This document shows, in pieces, positions 44,124 to 53,281 of a stretch of 64,000 nt of DNA. Source of the DNA: Rhodanobacteraceae bacterium. GTDB lineage: Bacteria; Acidobacteriota; Terriglobia; Terriglobales; Acidobacteriaceae. The notes below the pieces were generated by a model that was given only the letters and a program-made list of their open reading frames with translations, was not told the DNA's origin and did not search any database. The stretch spans positions 5,895 to 69,894 of the forward strand of contig JANXWZ010000196.1 in NCBI GenBank assembly GCA_025350865.1, given 5' to 3'. Positions within the stretch are counted from its first letter, which is position 1. Every line of letters starts with the position of its first letter. Made by a program: the position numbers and the translations under genes.

Positions 44124-45493
44124 CCTGGCAGCAGCGCCGACGGCTGCCCAATCTGCATCAACCGCCCGATGCCATCGCCAGCCAGCCACGCCTCAAATTC
44201 CGGCGCCGGTCGCAGGCCCAACAGCCGCCGCAGGTACAGCGCGTCATGGAACGATGTGCTTTGGTAGTTCAGCATGACGTCGTCCGCCCCCGGCACGCCC
44301 ATAATGTAGTTCACCCCTGCTGTGCCCAACATCGTCAACAGCGCATCCATGTCGTCCTGGTCGGCCTCGGCATGGTTCGTGTAGCAGACGTCGCAGCCCA
44401 TCGGCAGCCCCAGCAACTTGCCGCAGAAATGATCTTCCAAACCCGCTCGCAGAATCTGTTTGCCGTCGTACAGATACTCGGGCCCGATAAATCCGACGAC
44501 CGTGTTCACCAGCATCGGTTTGAAGTGCCGCGCCACCGCATACGCCCGTGCCTCCATCGTCTGCTGGTCAACCCCGTGATGCGCGTTGGCCGAAAGTGCA
44601 CTCCCTTGTCCAGTTTCAAAGTAGTAGACATGCTCGCCGCCTGTCTCCTCGCCAAGTCCGCCCCGCTTCAACTCCCGTGCCATGGCCTCGCCCTCCGCCA
44701 GCAGCGCCAGATTTACACCAAACGACTCGTTCGCCGCCTCGCTCCCCGCGATGGACTGAAACAGCAGATCCAGCGGCGCTCCCTGCCGCATCGCGTCCAT
44801 TTGCGTCGTCACATGCGCCAGTACGCAGCTTTGCATCGGAATTGCGTACCGCACACGAACATGGTCGATCATCCGCAGCAGCGTCGTGACCGACGCTGCA
44901 CTATCCTGCACGGGGTTGATCCCCACCACCGCGTCACCCGAGCCAAGCAGCAGCCCGTCCAGCATGCTCGCCGCAATCCCAACCGGGTCGTCCGTCGGAT
45001 GATTCGGCTGCAACCGTGTCGAGAGCCGCCCCGGCAGCCCGACAGTCGTTCGAAACCGCGTCACCACGTCGATTTTTTTCGCAACCAAAATCAGGTCCTG
45101 GACCCGCATCAACTTGGAAACCGCTGCCGCCATCTCCGGCATCAGTCCGGGAGCGAGAGCCGCCAGCCGTTCGCCATTCGCCACATCCGAGAGCAGCCAG
45201 TCGCGGAACTCCCCGACGCTCAGGCTCGCGACATCATTGAGCGCGGTCATATCCAGCGTGTCCAAGATCAGCCGAGTCACCTCATCGGCCTCATACGGCA
45301 CCACCGGTTCCTGCACAAAAGCGTGAAGCGGGATCTCCGCCAGCGCCATCTGCGCGATCACCCGCTCTTCTGCACCGCTCGCTGAAATACCCGCAAGTTC
45401 GTCACCCGAACGAGCTGGCGACGCCTTAGCCAGCAGGGTCCGCAGGTTCTCAAACCCATGCCGAACCCCGCGAACCGTATGGCTGTATGGCAT
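44120..45493 (-). CDS. eutB: Ethanolamine ammonia-lyase large subunit
   Basis: RSGDELAG, RLQPNHPTDD, YFETGQGS, VNTVVGFIGPEY and DVMLNYQSTSFHD. Confidence 0.95.
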   Translation of the reverse strand: MPYSHTVRGVRHGFENLRTLLAKASPARSGDELAGISASGAEERVIAQMALAEIPLHAFVQEPVVPYEADEVTRLILDTLDMTALNDVASLSVGEFRDWLLSDVANGERLAALAPGLMPEMAAAVSKLMRVQDLILVAKKIDVVTRFRTTVGLPGRLSTRLQPNHPTDDPVGIAASMLDGLLLGSGDAVVGINPVQDSAASVTTLLRMIDHVRVRYAIPMQSCVLAHVTTQMDAMRQGAPLDLLFQSIAGSEAANESFGVNLALLAEGEAMARELKRGGLGEETGGEHVYYFETGQGSALSANAHHGVDQQTMEARAYAVARHFKPMLVNTVVGFIGPEYLYDGKQILRAGLEDHFCGKLLGLPMGCDVCYTNHAEADQDDMDALLTMLGTAGVNYIMGVPGADDVMLNYQSTSFHDALYLRRLLGLRPAPEFEAWLAGDGIGRLMQIGQPSALLPG

Positions 45494-45530
45494 CGGCGCA
45501 ACCCCGTTACGGCCATTCTAGCCGTTCGCG

Positions 45531-45833
45531 CTAAGCGTCTTCGTCGTCCTCTTCATCCTCATCGTCATCTTCTTCTTCTTCGTCGTCTTCGAAGTCGTCG
45601 TCGAGTTCGTCGTCGGCCTCGTCATCCTCATCCTCGTCCTCAACGTCCTCGTCCTCATCGTCGAGGTCGTCCTCCTCCGTGTCCTCGTCATCCTCCAGCT
45701 CATCCTCGTCGTCGACGTCGGCTACCGCTGCAAAGGCCGGAGCTTCGAACCGGCCATCCTCAAGACCCGCAAGTGCTGCATTCCCGAACAAATTCCAGTC
45801 GTCGCCGAACCGGGCGTTCATCGTGGTGGCCAT
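45531..45833 (-). CDS. Small polyacidic protein (100 aa)
   Basis: GAGGAG RBS. A 38-aa N-terminal segment, then a 62-aa tail with 53 Asp/Glu. Confidence 0.75.
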   Translation of the reverse strand: MATTMNARFGDDWNLFGNAALAGLEDGRFEAPAFAAVADVDDEDELEDDEDTEEDDLDDEDEDVEDEDEDDEADDELDDDFEDDEEEEDDDEDEEDDEDA

Positions 45834-45957
45834 ATCGTCTCCTCGTGATGCGTTCTGATTTCGATGCTTCCTATCCTGCAAGGTTAGCCAGTGGAAATCC
45901 ATTCAACGACAATTCATCGCGTTGCAAGTTGGTTTGGAATTCTGATGGGGGAGAGTA

Positions 45958-46034
45958 TGGTGCGCCCGAGAAGATTCGAACTTCTGACCTACAGCTTCGG
46001 AGGCTGCCGCTCTATCCAGCTGAGCTACGGGCGC
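45958..46034 (-). tRNA. tRNA-Arg(CCG)
   Basis: 77-nt cloverleaf GCGCCCG...CGGGCGC-A-CCA, anticodon arm GCAGC-CTCCGAA-GCTGT and GTTCGAATC T-loop. Confidence 0.97.
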
Positions 46035-46150
46035 ACATTCTTATCAGCATGGTACCAGTCAAACATCCCCACAATCCCGACGCCAAGGCGAATCCGGATC
46101 GTGTGTGTCTCTGCCGCAAGGCCGACGGAGGACGGAAACGACGTCATCGT

Positions 46151-47140
46151 CATATACAAGTGTATCAGCGCGGACCCGATTCGAACGGTCAAACGACCGC
46201 AGGATCGAATTCCGACGCGGCAGCGCAGGACGCGTTCTGCGCAACTGCAGTGTGCGTCATCAACGTGATCTACGACCAGACAGGGAAGGACAACCACCTT
46301 CTGCAGGGCGCTCCGGGGAGGTTCAAAGGACAGATGAAAGCGGGTTTCGATACCCAGCCCATTGCCGATATGGTGCCGATTACGATCTCTGGCCACAAGG
46401 CCTATGGCGTCTACATCATTCCAGGCATGGCTTTTCGGAACACCGGAGCGCCTGTCGCGGGCGTTGATTTCGCTCTTTCCCTGTCCGATAAGCGATGGAC
46501 CGTGGTGGCTTCCGATACTGGCAAGGCGGCGTCTGGAGTTTCCACAACTGTCGCCCCAGGTGCGAGCGTAACCGCAACTTTCAAAATTACCTCGCCTGCG
46601 ACACCCAGCCAAAGCGCAATGATGGCGACTGCACGCTCGAAGGCACCAACGCCATCGAAGACGGAGCGGGTGACAACGAGTGGCCGGGTGCGGAGTGTGT
46701 TCCAGGTCAAGATCAACGAGGTGCGCCTCGGTACGGCGGGTAACCCCGGCGATCAATTTATTGAGTTGTACAACGCATTGCCGACCCCTGTTGATGCTTC
46801 CAATTGCAGCCTGGTCCAGACCGCTAGCCAGGGAGATCCGGTCACGCTGGCCAGAATTCCTGCGGGGACGATCCTGGCGAGTGGCGCGTATTATCTGCTG
46901 GGCTCGGCTAGTACAGGGTTAGCTGCTCCTGCGTCTGCTGGCGCAACCGAGATCAAGGTAGCGAGCATGTCGGGTTTGGCGACGGGACAGCGGATCGACA
47001 TCGATGGCGAAAGTGGCACGGTTGTTCGCGTGGGGACGCCCGCCGCGCCCGCGACTACGGTGTTCGTCCCAGTATCGACCGGGCCTTGGCTCACGGTGCC
47101 AGTTGCGTCAACCAACCTGCCGGTCACAAGTGTGCACTAG
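46151..47140 (+). pseudogene. Remnant of a multidomain GH54 (AbfB-type) arabinofuranosidase: partial catalytic domain, NEW3-like, lamin-tail-like
   Basis: DAAAQDAFC...CVINVIYDQTG..NHL...GHKAYGVYIIPGMAFRN joins directly to an Ig/NEW3-like segment and then VKINEV...DQFIELYN. No start codon or signal peptide. Confidence 0.7.
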
Positions 47141-47220
47141 ACGTGTCGCGATGTCGCAAAGAGCATCAGTAATTCAAGATGTGAAATGCAAGTTTCGCTC
47201 TGACAATTTGACTTGACAAT

Positions 47221-47234
47221 GAATGTCGACATTC
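47221..47234. promoter_or_regulatory. Perfect palindrome GAATGTCGACATTC, candidate regulator site
   Basis: 14-bp perfect palindrome just after TTGACA in the esterase promoter region. Confidence 0.4.
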
Positions 47235-47323
47235 TTGTATTGTTGAGTTCGCGTATCGGTACCTCACTCCAGTAGTGTGAAACCTGACGTTTCCGCCTCT
47301 GCTCTCCGTTTGGTGAGAATTCC

Positions 47324-47337
47324 AGGAAACGTTTACC
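47324..47337. promoter_or_regulatory. LacI-family operator-like site AGGAAACGTTTACC
   Basis: CG-centred pseudo-palindrome that recurs at 52821, 53159 and 63382. Confidence 0.6.
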
Positions 47338-47404
47338 ACCAAATGAGTGACGCAACGATAGCTTGGTCGAATTGCTCCGTGATCGAAATAAGAGGAAGGT
47401 TTCT

Positions 47405-48484
47405 ATGAAAGCTGTAAACCGGATGTGGGTCGGACTGCTTGGGGTCTCTTTCGCTTGCACTGTCCAGTTGTGTGCACAAGTAGGTACCGAAGTTCCTGCC
47501 GTCGTTCCCGGCGCTAAGCCCGTTCCGATGGAACACATCAAGGTCCACGGAACGGCCCTCGAAGGAAATCTTGAAGGGGATGCTGTCGACCGCGACGTCC
47601 TTGTCTTTCTCCCTCCAAGTTACGCTGCTTCCAAATCAAAGCGGTATCCGGTCGTTTACGCTCTGCACGGCTACTCCATCGGGGCCGAGCAGTGGTCGAA
47701 AGAGATCCATGTGCCGCAGACCATTGAAGGGGCGTTTGCGACCGGCGACAAGGAAATGATCGTCGTCCTGCCGGATTCAAAGACCGTTCATAACGGATCG
47801 ATGTATTCCAGCTCGGTCACCACGGGAGACTTCGAGAAATTTATTGCGCGAGATGTCGTTGCCTACATCGACTCCCACTACCGGACGATCCCGGAGCGAA
47901 ACAGCCGTGGGTTGGTAGGCCACTCGATGGGAGGTTACGGGGCAAGCCGCATCGGCATGAAGTATCCCGACGTGTTTGGCAGCCTCTACATCATGAGCCC
48001 ATGCTGCATGTCCGCACGCGGGGGTGGGCCGGCCAACGACACGCTGGAGAAGGCTGTTGCCAACGCCAAGACGCCGGAAGATCTCGCGAAACTGCCATTT
48101 GGCGTAAGGGCGCAGCTGGCTTCGGCGGCGGCTTGGTCCCCGAACCCCAAGAACCCGCCGCTCTATCTCGACCTTCCTACCAAGGATGGCGTCGTTCAGC
48201 CGGACGTGCTGTCCCGCTGGGCTGCCAATGCTCCGCTGGCGTTCGTCGACCAGTACATCGGCAATTTGAAGCAGTATCATGCCATCTCGATGGACGTTGG
48301 TGACCAAGATAACCTGAAAATCGACGCTGGAAAACTACACGACATCCTTACCAACTATGGCGTTGCGAACAGCTTTGAAATTTATCCCGGAACGCACACG
48401 AGCGCAGTGGCGGACCGCTTCCAGAACCACGTCATGAAGTTCTTTGACCAGAACCTATGTTTCCAGAGCCACTGCCGCCCCTGA
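47405..48484 (+). CDS. Exported alpha/beta-hydrolase esterase (CE1-like)
   Basis: Signal peptide, YPVVYALHG, GHSMGG nucleophile elbow, GDQD and GTH. Confidence 0.85.
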   Translation: MKAVNRMWVGLLGVSFACTVQLCAQVGTEVPAVVPGAKPVPMEHIKVHGTALEGNLEGDAVDRDVLVFLPPSYAASKSKRYPVVYALHGYSIGAEQWSKEIHVPQTIEGAFATGDKEMIVVLPDSKTVHNGSMYSSSVTTGDFEKFIARDVVAYIDSHYRTIPERNSRGLVGHSMGGYGASRIGMKYPDVFGSLYIMSPCCMSARGGGPANDTLEKAVANAKTPEDLAKLPFGVRAQLASAAAWSPNPKNPPLYLDLPTKDGVVQPDVLSRWAANAPLAFVDQYIGNLKQYHAISMDVGDQDNLKIDAGKLHDILTNYGVANSFEIYPGTHTSAVADRFQNHVMKFFDQNLCFQSHCRP

Positions 48485-48515
48485 TTGCTGTCGGTCGGTG
48501 AGAGGGATCGATCCA

Positions 48516-49690
48516 ATGACAACCAAGCAAGTTTGTTTCATGGCTTTGGCGATGTTGCTGCTTGTCGGCAACGCTATCATTGCCCAGCCACCCCGAGACA
48601 CGACGCCACAACCGCTCCCGATCGTCAGCCCAATCTTTGGTGACAACGCTGTGCTGCAGCGGGGCAAGCCAAATACGATATGGGGCTGGTCGGATCCCGG
48701 TGACAAGATCACAGTGGAAATCGCCGGAAAATCCGCAACTGCCGTGGCGGGTTCCGATCACCGCTGGCAGGCGAAGTTCGATCCGCCGCCAACGGGCGGA
48801 CCATACACGCTCAAGATTACAGGGCATCAAACCGCCGAACTCAAGAACGTAATGGTGGGTGATGTTTGGCTGTGCAGTGGGCAGTCGAACATGCAATTTG
48901 CGCTGCGCGGGGCGAAAAACAGTTCGGATGAGATCAAAGCTGCGAACTATCCGGAGATTCAGTTCTTCACGGTGGGTGGCGGCGCGGCCTACCATCCCTT
49001 GGACGTGCCCGTAGGGTCATGGCGTGTGGTGTCGCCTGACACAGCCGCCGGAGTTTCGGCCGTCGCCTACTACTTTGCGCGCAAAGTGCAGAGCGAAACA
49101 CATATCCCGATCGGCCTGATCGTCGATGCCGTTGGAGGAACACGGCATCGGCCTGGACCAGCGCCGGAGTTCTGGAGAATCTCAAGGATTTCGACGTTCC
49201 CCTGGCTGAGGTAAAGAAGCAGATTGCGGCTGGCACGCCGGAATACGGCAACTACGTCAACCATTGGTATGACGACTACGACATCGGCTTGAAACAGAAA
49301 TGGGCGCTTCCCGAATCAGATACCTCTGATTGGAAGTAGGTCACTATCCCCGGCGGCTTCGCCGACCTCGGTGTTCCGGAGACTCCGGCGCTCGCCTACT
49401 TCCGCAGAGAGATCACGTTGCCGGATCCGCTTCCAGCCGGAATGGCAACCATCAACCTCGGCATCATCGAGCGAATGGATACTGTATACATTATCGGTAT
49501 CTCCGTTGGTGGTAGCGCCTGGGTCGAGAATCCGCGTGTTTATCGTCTGTGTTCTGGAGTATTGAAGCCAGGAAAAAACACGATCGTGATTCGCGACTTC
49601 AAAGTTAAAGCGGTTGGCGGTTTCCTGAGTAACCCTGAAGAACTCAAGCTGGTACTCGGAGACCGATCCACGATTCCGCTGGCCGGCCAA
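48516..49690 (+). pseudogene. Sialate O-acetylesterase-family gene, disrupted
   Basis: FGDNAVLQR and GDVWLCSGQSNM are present. There is a 1-bp frameshift at about 49143 (GGT[P]ASAWT), an in-frame TAG at 49337-49339 and truncation at about 49690. Confidence 0.85.
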
Positions 49691-49691
49691 C

Positions 49692-51056
49692 GACCGTGTC
49701 TCCGCGCTGCCGGTGGATCCGAGCGGATTCCGCGGAGCCGTGCTGTTACGGATGGGCTACTACCGAATGGCTGCGCCGATTGTCATCAAGGCAAGCGGCG
49801 TGGTGTTGCGCGGCGAAGGGATGGGGGACACCGGGACCGTTCTGGTCGGCACAGGGAGCCCACGCGCGAATGCGGCAGGCGGGGCTCCGGGTCGCGGACA
49901 ACCAACGCTAATCGCAATTGCCGGAGCGGCGAGTGCAGTAACGAAGGACGAGTCAAGGCAGGCCGTTACCGACGATTACGTGCCGGTCGGGTCGCGCAGC
50001 ATTCGCGTGGCTAATGCGCGCGGCTTCAAGACAGGGGATGGCGTGATCGTGCGGCGGTTTGGGAACCAGGATTGGATCGACGCGATGGGCATGAACGGAA
50101 GCACACCCATGATCCGCTGGAAACCGTTCAATGTCGACTGGGATCGCGTGGTGGTTGACGTTCAGGGAAACATGATCCAGATCGACGCGCCGATTACTTG
50201 CGCAATCGAAAAACGCTGGGCCGGGGGTGAGGTGCTGAAGTATGAAGACACTGGGCGCATTCAGAAGGTAGGCGTGGAAAACCTGCGTGGGATGTCGGAA
50301 TTCAACCCGACGGTGCGTACCCGGGAATACGGAAACATGGACCGTCCGAACTATGTAGGCGAGGAATACTACGCCGACGAGGACCACTACTGGAAATTCA
50401 TTACGATGGACAACATCCGCAACGGATGGGTGCGGAACGTTACGGCAGTTCTCTTTGCCAACAGCCTGGTCGGCACCCAGCGCGGCACCAAGTGGATTAC
50501 GGTGCAGGACTGCGTATCGCGCGAGCCAGTGTCGCGGCGTATGGGCGCGCGGAGGTTCACCTTTGCGCTGCGCGGAGAGCTGACTCTGGTTCAGCGGTGC
50601 CACTCCGACAAAGGGCGGCACTCATTCATGATGGGCCAGCCGAGCTCGACCTCGAACGTCTTCCTGGATTGCGCTGCGACGAATCCATACTCCTCCAGCG
50701 AAACCCATGAACAGTGGGCGACGGGCGGCCTATATGACAATGTCCACGCGCCGCTGACGGCTCGCTTCTGGAAGGATATCGTGATCGGATGGGCCGGCGG
50801 CAACACCGTTTTCTGGAATTGCGAGGGGCCGTTCCTGGTTCAGAAGCCGCCGACGGCGCAGAACTATTCCTTTGGCCACGTAGGCGTGGATTCAATGTCG
50901 TACAACATTGCGCTGCAGGACCCGACGAAGGAGAGCGGATACATTGAGTCTCTGGACACGCATGTAACGCCGCGCAGCCTGTACCTGACACAGTTGCGCG
51001 ACCGGTTGGGAGAGATGGCGGTGCGGAACATGACGGCTACGGACCAGCAGCCCTAG
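49692..51056 (+). pseudogene. 5'-truncated pectin-lyase-like beta-helix protein
   Basis: Starts mid-domain (DRVSALPVD..GFRGAVLL..G.Y...SGVVLRGEG) directly at the esterase breakpoint. No RBS or signal peptide. Confidence 0.7.
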
Positions 51057-51113
51057 TCTGATGAGAAGTCTCCCATCCATGGCGATGCAGCGGCCACGGA
51101 TGGGAGCGGGACA

Positions 51114-52802
51114 TCAGGTGAGGATGATTTTGCGGGCTTCTCCTTCAGGATCGTCAACCATGCGGCACTGGTTGTCCCAGACCATCGTCTTATCGGTATC
51201 TGGAGAAGTTGGCGCCCATGGAAGTCCGGGTATGCTCGGCTTGCCGGTAGCAGCGAAGGCCGCCCAGGAGGACGCCATCTTTTTAGCCAGCGCCTGCGCT
51301 TCGGGGGTATTACCGGTCCCCTGTTCGCAACGTTTCGCGTTGTCGAAGCAGAATTGAAGCTCGGCCGTGTGCCATGCGCCGGGCAGACCATCCAGCATGG
51401 GGCTCTGCCAGGTGAAGTAATACGCATAGGCCGGGGCCGCTTTGAGTTCGCTCTTGAGTCTCGCCATCTTGACGACATTGTTGCGCATGGTGAGGCCGTT
51501 CAAACCTCCCGCTCCGCCGCACATGTACGACAAGGTCTGAATCTTCTTGTCGGGATACGACTTCTTGAGCGTGGCGATGACGGCGGTGGCCTTCTGCTCC
51601 CCGTACGCCTTGGTGAGATTTGCGTGCCACTCCTCCTCGGTAGGGCGCTGAGACATACGATTGCCTTCTTCGCTGACAGAGCCGATGAGCATGGGCACGT
51701 CCTTGGAGATTTCAGGGGCGGCATCAAAGAAAGAGCGCATATTGATGATTTTGCCGTCGACCGATGGTCCCCAGCCGGCTCGCGGCGTTGCGGAAGGCCC
51801 AATGACCGGCGGACCGGCGGGATTGACCTTCGCGAGAGCAGCGTTGCCGGCAGCGAAGAGTTTGGACCACTCCATCTTCTGCAGCGATCCGATGTCGTTC
51901 GGTGCGAGTCCGAGATCTTTCATCAATTGGCGCGAGACTTCACGCTGCTGCTCCTTCGTGGGGATGTTTCCGCCTCCGCCCGACTGCGCTGCGGCGCGAT
52001 GGAAGAGACCAGCGGCAGAGGGCATGCCCATGAGCGTGGTGACCTTCGAGCCTCCGCCGGACTGCCCGTAAATCATGACGCGATCGGGATCTCCACCGAA
52101 GTTGGCGATGTTTTCTTTGACCCACTGGAGGGCCGCTGCGAGGTCGCTCATGCCGACGTTGACGGAGTCTTCGTAGCCCGCGCCGCCGACCTCGGAAACG
52201 TCGAGGAAACCAAGGATATTGAGGCGATGATTGACCGAGACCTGCACGACATCGTGGTTGCGGGCCATCTGCGCGCCTTCGTGGGAGGGCAGCTCGTAGG
52301 ACGAGCCGAAGGTGAAGCCGCCGCCGTGCATGTAGAACATGACGGGGCGCTTGCCGGTCAGGCTCGGGGTCCAGATGTTCAGCTTGAGCATGTCCTCGCT
52401 GATCCATCCATCGTCCCAATCCTGAAGGAAGGTCTGGTCGGCACCGGTCCACGTGTGCAGGGTCTGCGGGCAGTTCGCGCCGTACACGAGGGTGTGTAGC
52501 TCGTCCTTCCAGGGTGTGGGAGCCTTGGCTGGGAGCCAGCGATTCTCTCCGGCCGTTGTCTGGCCGTAGGGTACTCCCTTGAAGGTGAAGACACCGCCGT
52601 CAAGGAAGCCGCGCACCTTGCCGTATTGCGTGGACGCAATGGCCGAGCGCGGGGTGGAGCAACCGCCAGGCTGCTGGTGAACTGCGGTCTTGACGCTATC
52701 GGAGCCATGCGCGGAGCCCGTAGCGATGCCGATGCCCGCGGTGGCAGAGAGGAAGAGCGCCTCGCGGCGAGTGAGGGCGACGGATTTGTCTGATCGTGCC
52801 AT
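51114..52802 (-). CDS. Tat-exported type B carboxylesterase
   Basis: TRREALF Tat motif, SEDMLKLNIW, HGGGF, GQSGGG and AWHTAEL. Confidence 0.9.
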   Translation of the reverse strand: MARSDKSVALTRREALFLSATAGIGIATGSAHGSDSVKTAVHQQPGGCSTPRSAIASTQYGKVRGFLDGGVFTFKGVPYGQTTAGENRWLPAKAPTPWKDELHTLVYGANCPQTLHTWTGADQTFLQDWDDGWISEDMLKLNIWTPSLTGKRPVMFYMHGGGFTFGSSYELPSHEGAQMARNHDVVQVSVNHRLNILGFLDVSEVGGAGYEDSVNVGMSDLAAALQWVKENIANFGGDPDRVMIYGQSGGGSKVTTLMGMPSAAGLFHRAAAQSGGGGNIPTKEQQREVSRQLMKDLGLAPNDIGSLQKMEWSKLFAAGNAALAKVNPAGPPVIGPSATPRAGWGPSVDGKIINMRSFFDAAPEISKDVPMLIGSVSEEGNRMSQRPTEEEWHANLTKAYGEQKATAVIATLKKSYPDKKIQTLSYMCGGAGGLNGLTMRNNVVKMARLKSELKAAPAYAYYFTWQSPMLDGLPGAWHTAELQFCFDNAKRCEQGTGNTPEAQALAKKMASSWAAFAATGKPSIPGLPWAPTSPDTDKTMVWDNQCRMVDDPEGEARKIILT

Positions 52803-52820
52803 GGCTGGTTGTTCTCCCTG

Positions 52821-52834
52821 GGTAAGCGTTTTCC
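52821..52834. promoter_or_regulatory. LacI-family operator-like site GGTAAGCGTTTTCC
   Basis: Near-perfect CG-centred palindrome 18 bp upstream of the carboxylesterase start. Confidence 0.65.
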
Positions 52835-53158
52835 GAAGTATCGTCAGGTATATAAATTTTGCGAGGCTTCGCTGGTGGACGAACGCCTTGGGATTGGACC
52901 ATAACTTATTGGCGAGACGTCAGTCAACATGATTTTGCGGACGGCCCGGAGGATGCGAGCCGGCATGAGGCGCCGGGCGCGCAGTTTCATAATTTTGCAC
53001 ATAATATGTCAATTATCGAAACTTCTTCTGCTGGCCAATCGTTGATTCAGACATGAGATCGATGTGGAATTCTATGAGCCGATGCTTCTTCACAGGATGT
53101 CCTTGTCGACGTAGAAGTTTCGGGAGTATGATTTCGCTCATCGCGCAGTTTCGCCAAC

Positions 53159-53172
53159 GTTAAACGTTTTCT
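53159..53172. promoter_or_regulatory. LacI-family operator-like site GTTAAACGTTTTCT
   Basis: Same motif family, upstream of the first beta-helix gene. Confidence 0.5.
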
Positions 53173-53281
53173 TCTGACATCGCCGCCATTAGAAAGTCAC
53201 ATAAATGCGGACTTGGGATGCCCGAAGATTTCTGATCAATATCCTGCTGTTCAACCGGGAAAAAGCAATGTGAGGGACCAA

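Noticed and set aside
45493-45531. Possible cobalamin riboswitch before eutB
   Set aside because: The intergenic gap is under 40 bp and has no B12-box.
45540-45720. Apparent trinucleotide (TCG/TCC/TCA) repeat tract
   Set aside because: Explained by Asp/Glu codons with mixed synonymous usage. Not a microsatellite or CRISPR array.
45458-47140. 560-aa ORF in the track
   Set aside because: It reads through the antisense of the acidic-protein gene and tRNA-Arg. Only 46151-47140 is protein-like (GH54 remnant).
52978-53152. 11-bp direct repeat CGCGCAGTTTC (52978 and 53142) in the divergent promoter region
   Set aside because: Only two copies, 164 bp apart. Could be chance; no regulator to assign.
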